Below, piece after piece: positions 1-9,546 of a DNA stretch of 47,009 nt. The stretch spans positions 1 through 47,009 of the forward strand of contig JAZJZK010000045.1 of the NCBI GenBank assembly GCA_040389905.1, written 5' to 3'. Both the position numbers and the translations under genes were made by a program. Source of the DNA: Gemmatimonadota bacterium (GTDB lineage Bacteria; Gemmatimonadota; Gemmatimonadetes; Gemmatimonadales; Gemmatimonadaceae). Each line of letters begins with the position of its first letter. Position 1 is the first letter of the stretch. The notes below the pieces were generated by a model. That model was given only the letters and a program-made list of their open reading frames with translations, searched no databases and had not been told where the DNA came from.

Positions 1-480
1 CGTTCCGCATTCCTTTGCGCCCTCTGCGGTCCGGCGCACTCACGCGTGCTCGGAGAGCGGGATCTCTGCGTCCTCTGCGGTAAGCTTTGCTGTTCCTATT
101 CGGCTATTGACCATCGAACGCGAGCCGAGGCACCTCGTACTCCGGCGGCAGGTGCAGATCCCTCGACTCCGCTCGGGATGACAGCGCTAACTGAACCGTA
201 TTGCGGCTAAGGGGCGCCTAGGAATAATGCTGTTCAGTGAGGAACTGCAGCAAAGCACAAAAGCCTTTACCGCAGAGGACGACGCGACAACCGGCACCGC
301 GCCAAGCCCGTTCCGAATTCCTTTGCGTCCCTCTCCGCTGCGGCACTGATGCGTGCGCGGAGGGCAGAATCTCGCGTCCTCTGCGGTAGAAAGCGCTGTT
401 GTTGCTGTTCGGCCGTCGGCCAGTCCCTCGTACTCCGGCGGCAAGTGCAGATCCCTCGACTCGGCTCTGGATGCCAACGC
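1..480. repeat. Imperfect tandem duplication (1-185 vs 309-480) of a composite palindromic repeat unit
   Basis: Both copies run cgttccg(c/a)attcctttgcg...cgtcctctgcggta...cctcgtactccggcggca(g/a)gtgcagatccctcgactc; the inverted arm taccgcagaggacg at 268-281 pairs with 375-388. Confidence 0.8.
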
Positions 481-542
481 CGACTGAGCTGCAATGACGA
501 CAGCATCGCCGCACATAGTCACGTCTGGACTCTACAACATTA

Positions 543-554
543 TGATAAGATGAC
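543..554 (-). promoter_or_regulatory. Candidate transcription-factor site (GTCATCTTATCA on the minus strand)
   Basis: TGATAAGATGAC is the exact reverse complement of 6249-6260; the same motif occurs at 11607-11617. Confidence 0.5.
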
Positions 555-686
555 TTGAATTTCTAACCTCTGTAATGTGTCGCAGTGACGCATTCATATA
601 GTGCGTTTCAAAGTGGCTAAAGCCAATTGGTGTAATGCGCGATGGGATACAGTGTCGCTTAGAGGTACGGCACAAAAACAGAATTG

Positions 687-720
687 ATTCTCTTGACAGA
701 CAAAATCCGACGCATAGAAT
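687..720 (+). promoter_or_regulatory. sigma70-type promoter of susC1 (TTGACA-N16-TAGAAT)
   Basis: TTGACA at 693-698, TAGAAT at 715-720; the 17-bp core ATTCTCTTGACAGACAA is identical at 6201 and 11559. Confidence 0.8.
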
Positions 721-850
721 GGTGGCTCATCGACAGAGTGTCGTAGGTCGTCGATGGCCCCGCCGATCAACAACCTTCGTGATGCCGCGAGCTTTCATGA
801 GATCGCGACCGAGGGGTCTCAGTGTGCTTCTCAAGTTTTGCTGTGTCTGT

Positions 851-871
851 TTTGTTACTCAGGATAACAAA
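851..871. promoter_or_regulatory. Candidate ROK/XylR-type operator 1 (TTTGTTA-N7-TAACAAA)
   Basis: Perfect 7-7-7 inverted repeat 50 nt upstream of the susC1 ATG; three related copies elsewhere in the window. Confidence 0.75.
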
Positions 872-921
872 GTAGGGCCGCACGGGCAACGTGCCAATTA
901 CCACCTCAGGAGGACAGGCTG

Positions 922-3900
922 ATGGGACGCAGGATACTGCTGGCCGTGCTCGGGTTGTTCGGAGCCGCCACGGCTTCATTCGCGCAGGGGACGGGTCGCA
1001 TCGTTGGGCGGGTCACGAGCGCTGACGGAACCGCGCCAATTGCCGTTGCGTCCGTCACCATCGTCGGCACGACGCGAGGGACCACGACCGATTCCGCAGG
1101 CCGCTTCACGTTGAATGACGTGCCGGCCGGGAACCAGCGGGTACAGGCGAGGCGCATCGGCTGGATTTCTTCCACGCAGATCGTCACGGTCGCCGCGGGA
1201 CAGGCTGCCACGGTCACGTTCACCCTGACCTCGTCGCCGATCCAGCTCGAGGAAGTGAAAACCGTCGGCTACGGCACGCAGACGACGCGTACGATCACCG
1301 GTGCCGTTTCGACGGTGACCGCCGAACAACTGAGCGTCGTTCCAACGAACAATGCCATGAAGGCGATGCAGGGCCGAGTGCCGGGCGTCGAGGTGGTGGC
1401 GAACAGCAACGAGCCCGGTGCGGCCATGCAGGTCCGTATCCGCGGTGTTCGTTCCATGTCGAGCGGCCGCAACGAGCCCCTCTACGTGGTCGACGGCATT
1501 CCGATCTCGGGCGGTATCGAAGACTTCAATCCGGCGACGATCGAGAGCATCGACGTCCTCAAGGATGCTGCCGCCACGGCGATCTATGGGAGCCGCGGAT
1601 CGAACGGCGTGATTCTCGTGACGACGAAGAAAGGCACCGCGACTGCGGGATCGCGTTCTTCGTTCTCCGCCGACAGCTATTATGGGCAGCAGAGCGCGGT
1701 GAATATCGTGCCCATGATGAACATGCAGCAGTTCGTGAAGTTCCTGCAGGACGGCGCGCGCCTCAATGGGCAGGACACCACGTTGGCCACGGCCATCAAG
1801 GCCGGCATCGCGACGAGCGTCGGACCTGGTGGTATCAGCAAGCGACTCTACGCCTACCAGAATGGCATCGAGACGGACTGGCAGCGCGCCGTCCTGAGAG
1901 ACGGCCTGCAGCGCAATTTCCAGGCTGGATTGTCAGGGGCTTCGCCAGACACGCGCTACGCACTCACCGGCAACTATTTCGGGCAGGTCGGTCTGATCCC
2001 CGGACAGGGCTATACCCGCGGCGGCGCGATGGCCTCCGTCGATCACAATACGTCTCGCCTGCGGGTCGGTGCCAGCGCGAACGTCTCGCGCATCCAGACG
2101 GACATCGGCGAAGGGCAGGGCGCCTTCGGCAATGCGCAGGGCATGACACCGTTCGGCCGGCCGCTCAACTACACCAATCCCGATTCAGCCGCCGCAGGCC
2201 TCCTCGATCCGCGTCCTGATGATGATCCGCTGAACATCAATCCGTTGCTGGAATCGCAGTCCTTCGTCGCGAACCAGATCGTCAACCGAGTCTTCGGATC
2301 GGCGTACGCGGAGTTCCAGATCGCGGACGGCCTGAGCATCCGCTCCAATTTCGGGCCGGATCTCACGAATCTCGATCGTGGCTGCTTCAACAGCTCGTGG
2401 ACCCACAACGCCTGCTCGGGTGCCGCGAACCAGGGCGGACTTCCGGCCGCGACCGACCGCCAGTCGACCGATTTCGCCTACACGCTCGACAACCTGCTCC
2501 TGTACAACCGCGACATCGGAAGCAAGCAGCACATCGACCTCACCGGCCTGTATGGCATTCAGCACGACCGCGCCACAGTTAACACCGCGCAAGCGACCGC
2601 ATTACCGTATACGACGCAGCTCTGGCACGACCTCGGATCGGGCACGCCGGGAATCCCGACGAGCTCCCTCTCGCAATGGGCGCTGAATTCCTACATGGGA
2701 CGCGTCGTCTATACGCTCCTCGACAAGTACACCGTTACGGGAACGATTCGCTCGGACGGGTCGAGCCGCCTGGCGCCCGGCCACAAGTGGGCAACATTCC
2801 CGTCCTTCGGTCTCTCGTGGCAGCTCGGCGACGAGCCTTTCATGCGGCGGTTCAGCGCGTTCAACTCCATCAAGGTGCGCGGGAGTTACGGGACGACGGG
2901 CAACACGTCGATCGCCCCCTACCAGACGCAGGGCACGCTGAGCGCTCGCCTGTACTCGTTCGGTAACACGATCGTGCGAGGCTATCGCCCGGGGAACATC
3001 GCCAACCCGGACCTGACCTGGGAGAAGACGGACCAGTCCGATGTGGGCGTCGACTTCGCCATGTTCAACAACCGCGTGTCCGGCAACATCGACGGGTACG
3101 TGCAGAACACGCATGACCTGTTGCTGAACCGCCTGCTCCCGGTCACGTCCGGCTTTACCTCCACACTCCAGAACGTCGGATCTACCCGGAACCGGGGCTT
3201 CGAGGTCGGTATCTCGACAGTGAACCTCAACGGATGGCGCGGCGTTCGCTGGCAGACTGACTTCAACTGGGCGACCAACCGGAACGAGATTACCGCCCTC
3301 ACGAGCAACGCTGCGGCATGCGATGTCTCCGCGCGCGGTTGCGACATCAACAACCGGTGGTTCGTCGGATTCCCGATCAGCCTGAACAGCCAGGGCGACG
3401 GCCAGCGCCAGGTGTTCTACAACTACAAATTCATCGGGATCTGGCAGGCAACGGCCGCCGACTCGGCATTGGCGAAGCGTTACAAGGCCCTTGGAGGCAA
3501 CACGTTCATTCCGGGCGATCCCAAGGTGATGGACATCAACGGCGACACGATCATCAATGCGAAGGACCAGATGATCATCGGCGACAGCTACCCCGGGTGG
3601 ACGGGCAGCCTTTCGAACCGCGTCACCTACAAGGGTTTCGACATCTCCGGTCTGGTCACGATCAAGTGGAACTACCTCTTCACCGACGGAACACCCCGCG
3701 GGTATTCGGGCCGCGCCAACAACGTTGCGCCGTTGAGCGCGGGGGGCATCGACTACTGGACGCCGGAGAATCCGACCAACACGGAGCCGGGGCCACGGGT
3801 CAACGCCACATCGCGGGACTACGCCGATTCGCGCCTCATCATCGACGGTTCGCACTGGCGCATCAGGAATATCACGGTTGGCTACACGGCGGCAGAACGG

Positions 3901-4053
3901 CTTGCCGGCAGGATCGGTGCGGCAAGTCTCCGCCTGTATGCCACGGCGCAAGACCCGTATATCCACACCAGCTATCGCGGATATGATCCGGAGGTGGGCG
4001 GCGCAGCACCGACCATTCGGACGATGCTGTTCGGCACGAATATCGTCTGGTAA
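922..4053 (+). CDS. susC: SusC/RagA-family TonB-dependent outer membrane transporter (copy 1)
   Basis: Signal peptide, CarboxypepD-like N-terminal extension, VGYG, plug motif LKDAAATAIYGSRGSNGVILVTTKKG, NPDLTWE, C-terminal W; RBS AGGAGG; followed by susD. Confidence 0.95.
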   Translation: MGRRILLAVLGLFGAATASFAQGTGRIVGRVTSADGTAPIAVASVTIVGTTRGTTTDSAGRFTLNDVPAGNQRVQARRIGWISSTQIVTVAAGQAATVTFTLTSSPIQLEEVKTVGYGTQTTRTITGAVSTVTAEQLSVVPTNNAMKAMQGRVPGVEVVANSNEPGAAMQVRIRGVRSMSSGRNEPLYVVDGIPISGGIEDFNPATIESIDVLKDAAATAIYGSRGSNGVILVTTKKGTATAGSRSSFSADSYYGQQSAVNIVPMMNMQQFVKFLQDGARLNGQDTTLATAIKAGIATSVGPGGISKRLYAYQNGIETDWQRAVLRDGLQRNFQAGLSGASPDTRYALTGNYFGQVGLIPGQGYTRGGAMASVDHNTSRLRVGASANVSRIQTDIGEGQGAFGNAQGMTPFGRPLNYTNPDSAAAGLLDPRPDDDPLNINPLLESQSFVANQIVNRVFGSAYAEFQIADGLSIRSNFGPDLTNLDRGCFNSSWTHNACSGAANQGGLPAATDRQSTDFAYTLDNLLLYNRDIGSKQHIDLTGLYGIQHDRATVNTAQATALPYTTQLWHDLGSGTPGIPTSSLSQWALNSYMGRVVYTLLDKYTVTGTIRSDGSSRLAPGHKWATFPSFGLSWQLGDEPFMRRFSAFNSIKVRGSYGTTGNTSIAPYQTQGTLSARLYSFGNTIVRGYRPGNIANPDLTWEKTDQSDVGVDFAMFNNRVSGNIDGYVQNTHDLLLNRLLPVTSGFTSTLQNVGSTRNRGFEVGISTVNLNGWRGVRWQTDFNWATNRNEITALTSNAAACDVSARGCDINNRWFVGFPISLNSQGDGQRQVFYNYKFIGIWQATAADSALAKRYKALGGNTFIPGDPKVMDINGDTIINAKDQMIIGDSYPGWTGSLSNRVTYKGFDISGLVTIKWNYLFTDGTPRGYSGRANNVAPLSAGGIDYWTPENPTNTEPGPRVNATSRDYADSRLIIDGSHWRIRNITVGYTAAERLAGRIGAASLRLYATAQDPYIHTSYRGYDPEVGGAAPTIRTMLFGTNIVW

Positions 4054-4085
4054 GCGCCCACTCCTTCGACGACTCCCATATTCTC

Positions 4086-5957
4086 ATGAAAAAGCCAATC
4101 CTGCTTTCCGCAGTCGCCGCCCTTCTGCTGGGCGCGGCCTGCCAGTCGCTCGACGAGAACCTCGTTACGGGCGTGAGTGGTGACTATTACGCAACGCCGG
4201 ACGGACTCAATTCCGCGCTGACCGCGAGCTACGCGCAATTACGCAACTTCTACGGCCGCGAGCAGCTGCTCTCGCTGACCCAGGTGGGCACCGATACCTG
4301 GGAGTCGGGCGATCAGCTTGGCTCCAATAACCTCAACTTCGACGCGTACAACGGAACGCTCAACTCGAGCGCGGGCGAGTTGAACAACACCTGGAACCCG
4401 GCCTACCAGATGATCAATGCGCTGAATACGGCGATCGATCATGGCATTACGGCGACCGGGCTGACGCCCGCGCTGAAGAACCAGCTCCTCGCCGAGGCGC
4501 ACTTCCTTCGCGCGCTGGAGTACTTCACGCTGGTTCGGCAGTTCGGCAGCGTCTCCATCATCCTGCACGAGAACAAGGGTGTCGTGGCGACCGCCGTTCG
4601 GGACACCGTGTCGGAGGTGTTCAAGGTCATTCTCGCCGACCTCGATACGGCGTCCGCCGGACTGCCAGCGACCACCAGCGACTTTGGACGCGCAACCAAG
4701 TATGCGGCTGTTGGGCTTCGGTCGCTGGTCTACCTCACACGCGCGTACAAGTCCTATGCGGACGCGTCGGATTTCCAGCGCGCGGCGACGAACGCCGACT
4801 CGGTGATCAACTCGGGTGTCTACGCGCTCGAGCCGGTCTACGCCGATCTCTGGTGCGTGGCGCGCGCGAGTGATCCGGGCCGCGGGAATTACTGCGAGAA
4901 CACCGGTTACAACGGCAACAAGAAGGAGTTCATCTTCACCGTGCAGTTCCGGGCGCCGCTCGCCGACAACGACGCGGACAACGAATACAACTATCTACAC
5001 CTGGTGTTCCTTGGTCAGTACGACGCAGCGACCGTCGGCGTGGGCCTTGGCCGCGACATCAACAACGGCCGCCCGTTCCGACGCCTGAAGCCCACGCCCT
5101 ACGGGCTCAAGCTATTCCAGTTCAATCACTATTTCGGCACGCCGGCAACGCCAGGGGTCGCCGATGTACTCGACACGCGCTACGAGGGGAGCTACCAGAA
5201 CGTCTGGACGGCGACGGCGGCGATTGCCGCACCCGGCAATGGCGTTGGCACCTGTCCGAACTGCACGAGCGGCGGCGCTGTCGGGGTGGGAGACACCACG
5301 ATCTTCTATCCCAACTACCCTGTCACCAACGCATTCCGACAGAGCAAGGCGTACAAGGTCCGTACGATCTGCCCCGCCTCCGAAGCGGATCCCACGAAGA
5401 GCTGCCCGAATGCGTACGTGGCCCAGGCGAACGATGGCTACTTCAACTGGGCGTGGTATCCGTCGCTCAAGAAGTTCCAGGACAACTTGCGCTTGACGGT
5501 GAGCGATCAGAACGGCGGAAAGGTCGAGCCGATCCTGCGCCTCGGCGAGATGTATCTCATCGCCGCGGAAGCGTACGTAAACCTTGGTCAGACCCAGACC
5601 GCGGCGGACCGCATCAACGTCATTCGCCGCCGCGCGGCGAGCGCTGCCCACAAGACCGATAACGACATCAGCGTCGCACAACTCACCACCATGGATCCGA
5701 ACATCCCGGGATCGGTGTCGCGCAAGCCGGGACTGGATTTCGTCATGGAGGAGCGTGAGCGGGAAATGGCGGGAGAGATGACCCGCTGGTACGACATCAC
5801 GCGCCCCGGTCCGGAATATTTCCTTGCCCGCGTGAAGGCGTACAACAAGCGCGCGGAAACGAACGTCATCGCCAAGCATTGGCTTCGCCCGATTCCACAA
5901 ACCCAGATCGACGGCGTCATCGTTGGTCCGAAGTATCCGCAGAACCCCGGCTACTAG
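4086..5957 (+). CDS. susD: SusD/RagB-family outer membrane lipoprotein (copy 1)
   Basis: Lipobox LGAAC; AEAHFLRA, RATKYAA, LRLGEMYLIAAEA, EEREREMAGE..RWYD, PIPQ..ID, QNPGY. Confidence 0.93.
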   Translation: MKKPILLSAVAALLLGAACQSLDENLVTGVSGDYYATPDGLNSALTASYAQLRNFYGREQLLSLTQVGTDTWESGDQLGSNNLNFDAYNGTLNSSAGELNNTWNPAYQMINALNTAIDHGITATGLTPALKNQLLAEAHFLRALEYFTLVRQFGSVSIILHENKGVVATAVRDTVSEVFKVILADLDTASAGLPATTSDFGRATKYAAVGLRSLVYLTRAYKSYADASDFQRAATNADSVINSGVYALEPVYADLWCVARASDPGRGNYCENTGYNGNKKEFIFTVQFRAPLADNDADNEYNYLHLVFLGQYDAATVGVGLGRDINNGRPFRRLKPTPYGLKLFQFNHYFGTPATPGVADVLDTRYEGSYQNVWTATAAIAAPGNGVGTCPNCTSGGAVGVGDTTIFYPNYPVTNAFRQSKAYKVRTICPASEADPTKSCPNAYVAQANDGYFNWAWYPSLKKFQDNLRLTVSDQNGGKVEPILRLGEMYLIAAEAYVNLGQTQTAADRINVIRRRAASAAHKTDNDISVAQLTTMDPNIPGSVSRKPGLDFVMEEREREMAGEMTRWYDITRPGPEYFLARVKAYNKRAETNVIAKHWLRPIPQTQIDGVIVGPKYPQNPGY

Positions 5958-6028
5958 GCATTTGCCTTCACGCGGCAACGCACTGGCGCGATAAGGGATT
6001 CAGTGGAGTAGTTCGCTCGACGAGCGCG

Positions 6029-6064
6029 CGACCCCCGGCCGAATTTCGGCCCGGGGGTCGTTTC
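6029..6064 (+). terminator. Intrinsic terminator-like hairpin after susD1
   Basis: cgacccccggccgaa/ttcggcccgggggtcg stem with one bulge, followed by tttc. Confidence 0.6.
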
Positions 6065-6200
6065 GCTAGCGGCCTACCGACAAGTTCGTGGACACGTCAA
6101 CTGTCGGATTCTCACGGATCTGTGACGGAACAGAAAGCGGCAAGGTCCGCATGTATCGGCCCGATTCTATTTGATTTGGCGGGCTGCCTCGCGCGAAATA

Positions 6201-6260
6201 ATTCTCTTGACAGACAATATCCGTATGCTAGAATCGGTGGCGCGGATTGTCATCTTATCA
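6201..6260 (+). promoter_or_regulatory. sigma70-type promoter of susC2 with downstream GATTGTCATCTTATC motif
   Basis: TTGACA at 6207-6212, 16-bp spacer, extended -10 TGcTAGAAT at 6226-6234; motif at 6245-6259. Confidence 0.8.
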
Positions 6261-6373
6261 CCCCACCATTTCTCTCCCGCTCGGCGCCTTCCGCGGGCCC
6301 AATCGGATTTCCAGACAAAGCGTTCCACGCGTAAACCGGCAGAGTTGCAGGTCTGTGCTCTCTAGTTCCAGAG

Positions 6374-6394
6374 ATTGTTAGCCAAGAAAACAAA
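6374..6394. promoter_or_regulatory. Candidate ROK/XylR-type operator 2 (ATTGTTA-N7-AAACAAA)
   Basis: Same half-sites and spacing as 851-871; 54 nt upstream of the susC2 ATG. Confidence 0.72.
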
Positions 6395-6448
6395 ACGCAG
6401 TCGTGTGATCGTGCCTCACGTATTTCACGTTATCTGGAGGAAAGACTG

Positions 6449-9400
6449 ATGGGACGCAGGATACTGCTTGCCGTCCTCACGCTCTTCGCGGCGACGTCCG
6501 CCGCGCAGGCGCAAGGAACCGGGCGAATTGTCGGACAGGTCACCAGTGCTGAAGGCAACCGCCCAATTCCGCTCGTCACCATTGTTATCGTTGGCACGAC
6601 GCGCGGCGCAATTACCGATAGTCTCGGCCGCTACACTCTCGCCGATGTGCCCGCCGGCACCCGCCGCATTCAGACCCGCCGAGTCGGCATGGTCTCGAAT
6701 ACCCAGAGCGTCACCGTCACGGCCGGTCAGGCTGCGACGTTGAACTTCAGTCTCGTGGCGTCGCCCATTCAGTTGACCGAGATCAAGACGGTCGGCTACG
6801 GTGCGCAGGAAGCGCGCGCCGTCACCGCCGCGGTCACCACGGTGACCGCAGAGAAGCTGAGGGACATCCCGACACAGGACCCGATGAAGGCGCTTCAAGG
6901 CCGAGTCGCCGGTGTTGAAATCGTGTCGAGCAGCAATGAGCCGGGCGCCGGAAGCACCGTGAACATCCGCGGCGTCCGGTCGATCTCCTCGAGCAACAAC
7001 CCGCTCTACGTCGTCGACGGCATCCCGATTTCCGGTGGCATCGAAGACTTCAACCCGGCGATCATTGAGACCATCGACGTCCTCAAGGACGCGGCGGCCA
7101 CGGCGATCTACGGCAGCCGAGGGGCGAACGGTGTCATCCTCGTCACGACGAAGAAGGCGCCGATGGACGGCCGCAACCGCTCGTCCTATTCGGTCGATTC
7201 GTATTACGGAAACCAGTCGCCGTACAAGCTGGTCAAGATGATGAACATGGCGCAGTTCACGAAGTACCTCCAGGATGCGAACCGCCTCCAGGTGCCGGCG
7301 CGCGATACCGCCCTTGCCGTGGTCCTCAACTCGCAGAGCTTCGTGCCGGGGACGCAGATCCCCAAGCGGTTGTACGCCTTCCAGAACGGCATCGAGACCG
7401 ACTGGCAGCGGATCACGTTGCACGATGCCAGCCAGAAGAACTTCCAGGGCGGCATCTCGGGTTCGAGCCCGGACACGCGCTACAACATCTCGGGGAACTA
7501 CTTCACGCAGGTCGGCATGATCTGGGGTGAGGGCTATGACCGAGGGTCGGCATTTGCCTCCGTCGACCACACAGCGAACAAGTTTCGCGTCGGCCTGAGC
7601 ACGAACCTGTCGCGCATTGTCCGCAATCTCGCGGGCGGCCAGGGTGCCTTCGGTTCGGCGCTCGGCATGACCCCGTACGGCCAGCCCTTCAACTACACGA
7701 CGCCAGATTCCGCGGCTTTCTACGACACGCGCCCGGACGACGATGCGTTGAACATCAACCCACTGCTCGAGAGCCGCTCCAAGGTCAACGAGGCGCTGAC
7801 ACACCGCGTCTTCGGGTCTGCCTACGCGGAATATCAGCTCAGCGATGGCGTCGCACTCCGGATGAACTTCGGTCCGGACTACACCAATGACCAGACGGGC
7901 TGTTACAACGACTCGTGGGTCCACACGGCCTGCTCCGGCAGCGGCCAGGGCTCGCTGCCCTCCGCGTCACTGTCGCAGGCGACCGACTTCCAGTACACGC
8001 TCGACAACCTGATCACGATCAACCGTGACCTCGGTAGCAAGCAGCACTTCGACATCACGGGCCTGTACAGCATCCAGAAGGACAGGAACAACAACCTTTC
8101 GGAAGCCGCGCAGCAGCTGCCGTACACCACGCAGCTTTGGTACGACCTCGGATCGGGGATTCAGCAGCCGCAGACGTCGCGCATCTCGGAGTGGGCGCTC
8201 CAGTCATTCATGGGCCGCGTCAACTACACGCTGTTCGATAGGTACACGTTGTCCTTCACCGGTCGTAACGACGGGTCGAGCCGTCTGGCGCCGGGGCACA
8301 AGTGGGCGTTCTTCCCATCATACAGCTTCAGCTGGCAGCTCGGCGACGAGGCATTCATGCGTCGCTTCAGCTTCATCAACAGCCTCAAGCTTCGCGGCAG
8401 CTATGGCACCACCGGCAATACGTCGGTGAGCCCGTATGCCACGCTCGGCACATTGAGCGCCCAGGTGTACAGCTTCGGCAACACGCTCGTTCGCGGCTAT
8501 CGTCCTGGCGCCATCCCGAATCCCGACCTCACCTGGGAGAAGACGGACCAATCGGACTTCGGCTTCGATTTCGCTGTGTTCAACAACCGCATTTCCGGCA
8601 GCTTCGACGGCTACAAGGTCAATACGCAGGACCTCATTCTCACCCGCACGCTGCCGGCGACGTCCGGATTCAGCAGCGTGCTCCAGAACATCGGCAGCAC
8701 GAAGGGGAATGGCTGGGAAGTCGGCCTCTCGACAGTCAATGTCGAGAAGTGGCATGGCTTCCGCTGGTCGAGCGACATCAACTGGTCGACGAACGCCAAC
8801 GAAATCGTCTCGCTTCAGAGCGGTACGACGCAGGACATCAACAACCGCTGGTTCGTCGGCTATCCGATTCACCTCGGCGGCGCCCGCTCCGTGTTCTTCG
8901 ACTACAAGTACGGCGGGATCTGGCAGACGGCGGACTCCGTTGCGCGTCTGGCGTACAACGCTGCCAACGGGGCGAAGGCGCTCCCCGGCGATCCGTGGGT
9001 TGTGGACACCAACGGCGATGGCAAGATCAACGCAGACGACCGCATCATTCTCGGTAACAGCTATCCGAGCTGGATCGGCAGCCTCTCGAACCGCATCAGC
9101 CGCGGCGGCTTCGATATCTCCGCGCTGATCACGGCGAAGTGGAACTACCTGTTCACCGATGGGCTGCCCCGCGGGTATCAGGGCCGTTACGGCAACATCG
9201 CGGACATGGACTACTGGACCCCCGAGAACCCGACCAACAAGAACCCCGCGCCGAATGTTGGCGATCAGGGCCGCCCGTATGCCGGTACGCGCCTCCTGCG
9301 TGACGATGGCTCACACTGGCGCATTCGCAACATCACGGCCGGCTACACGACGGGCGAACGTCTGGCGGGCCGCATCGGCGCCAGCAGCCTCCGCATCTAC

Positions 9401-9514
9401 AGCACGATTCAGGAGCCATACGTTCACTCGAGCTACGAAGGGACCGATCCAGAGACGGCGGGTGCAGCGCCAAACGTGCGCACCCTGCTGCTCGGCACCA
9501 ACATCGTCTGGTAG
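6449..9514 (+). CDS. susC: SusC/RagA-family TonB-dependent transporter (copy 2)
   Basis: Clear paralog of copy 1: MGRRILLAVL start, LKDAAATAIYGSRGANGVILVTTKK, NPDLTWE, GTNIVW end. Confidence 0.95.
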   Translation: MGRRILLAVLTLFAATSAAQAQGTGRIVGQVTSAEGNRPIPLVTIVIVGTTRGAITDSLGRYTLADVPAGTRRIQTRRVGMVSNTQSVTVTAGQAATLNFSLVASPIQLTEIKTVGYGAQEARAVTAAVTTVTAEKLRDIPTQDPMKALQGRVAGVEIVSSSNEPGAGSTVNIRGVRSISSSNNPLYVVDGIPISGGIEDFNPAIIETIDVLKDAAATAIYGSRGANGVILVTTKKAPMDGRNRSSYSVDSYYGNQSPYKLVKMMNMAQFTKYLQDANRLQVPARDTALAVVLNSQSFVPGTQIPKRLYAFQNGIETDWQRITLHDASQKNFQGGISGSSPDTRYNISGNYFTQVGMIWGEGYDRGSAFASVDHTANKFRVGLSTNLSRIVRNLAGGQGAFGSALGMTPYGQPFNYTTPDSAAFYDTRPDDDALNINPLLESRSKVNEALTHRVFGSAYAEYQLSDGVALRMNFGPDYTNDQTGCYNDSWVHTACSGSGQGSLPSASLSQATDFQYTLDNLITINRDLGSKQHFDITGLYSIQKDRNNNLSEAAQQLPYTTQLWYDLGSGIQQPQTSRISEWALQSFMGRVNYTLFDRYTLSFTGRNDGSSRLAPGHKWAFFPSYSFSWQLGDEAFMRRFSFINSLKLRGSYGTTGNTSVSPYATLGTLSAQVYSFGNTLVRGYRPGAIPNPDLTWEKTDQSDFGFDFAVFNNRISGSFDGYKVNTQDLILTRTLPATSGFSSVLQNIGSTKGNGWEVGLSTVNVEKWHGFRWSSDINWSTNANEIVSLQSGTTQDINNRWFVGYPIHLGGARSVFFDYKYGGIWQTADSVARLAYNAANGAKALPGDPWVVDTNGDGKINADDRIILGNSYPSWIGSLSNRISRGGFDISALITAKWNYLFTDGLPRGYQGRYGNIADMDYWTPENPTNKNPAPNVGDQGRPYAGTRLLRDDGSHWRIRNITAGYTTGERLAGRIGASSLRIYSTIQEPYVHSSYEGTDPETAGAAPNVRTLLLGTNIVW

Positions 9515-9546
9515 ACGGCACACTTTCCCTGAGGAACGAGATACCA

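Noticed and set aside
1..480. Possible CRISPR array
   Set aside because: Only two long degenerate units, no regular repeat-spacer pattern and no cas genes.
187..558. Short ORFs on both strands at the window start
   Set aside because: They are translations of the palindromic repeat cluster, with no protein-like motifs or RBS.
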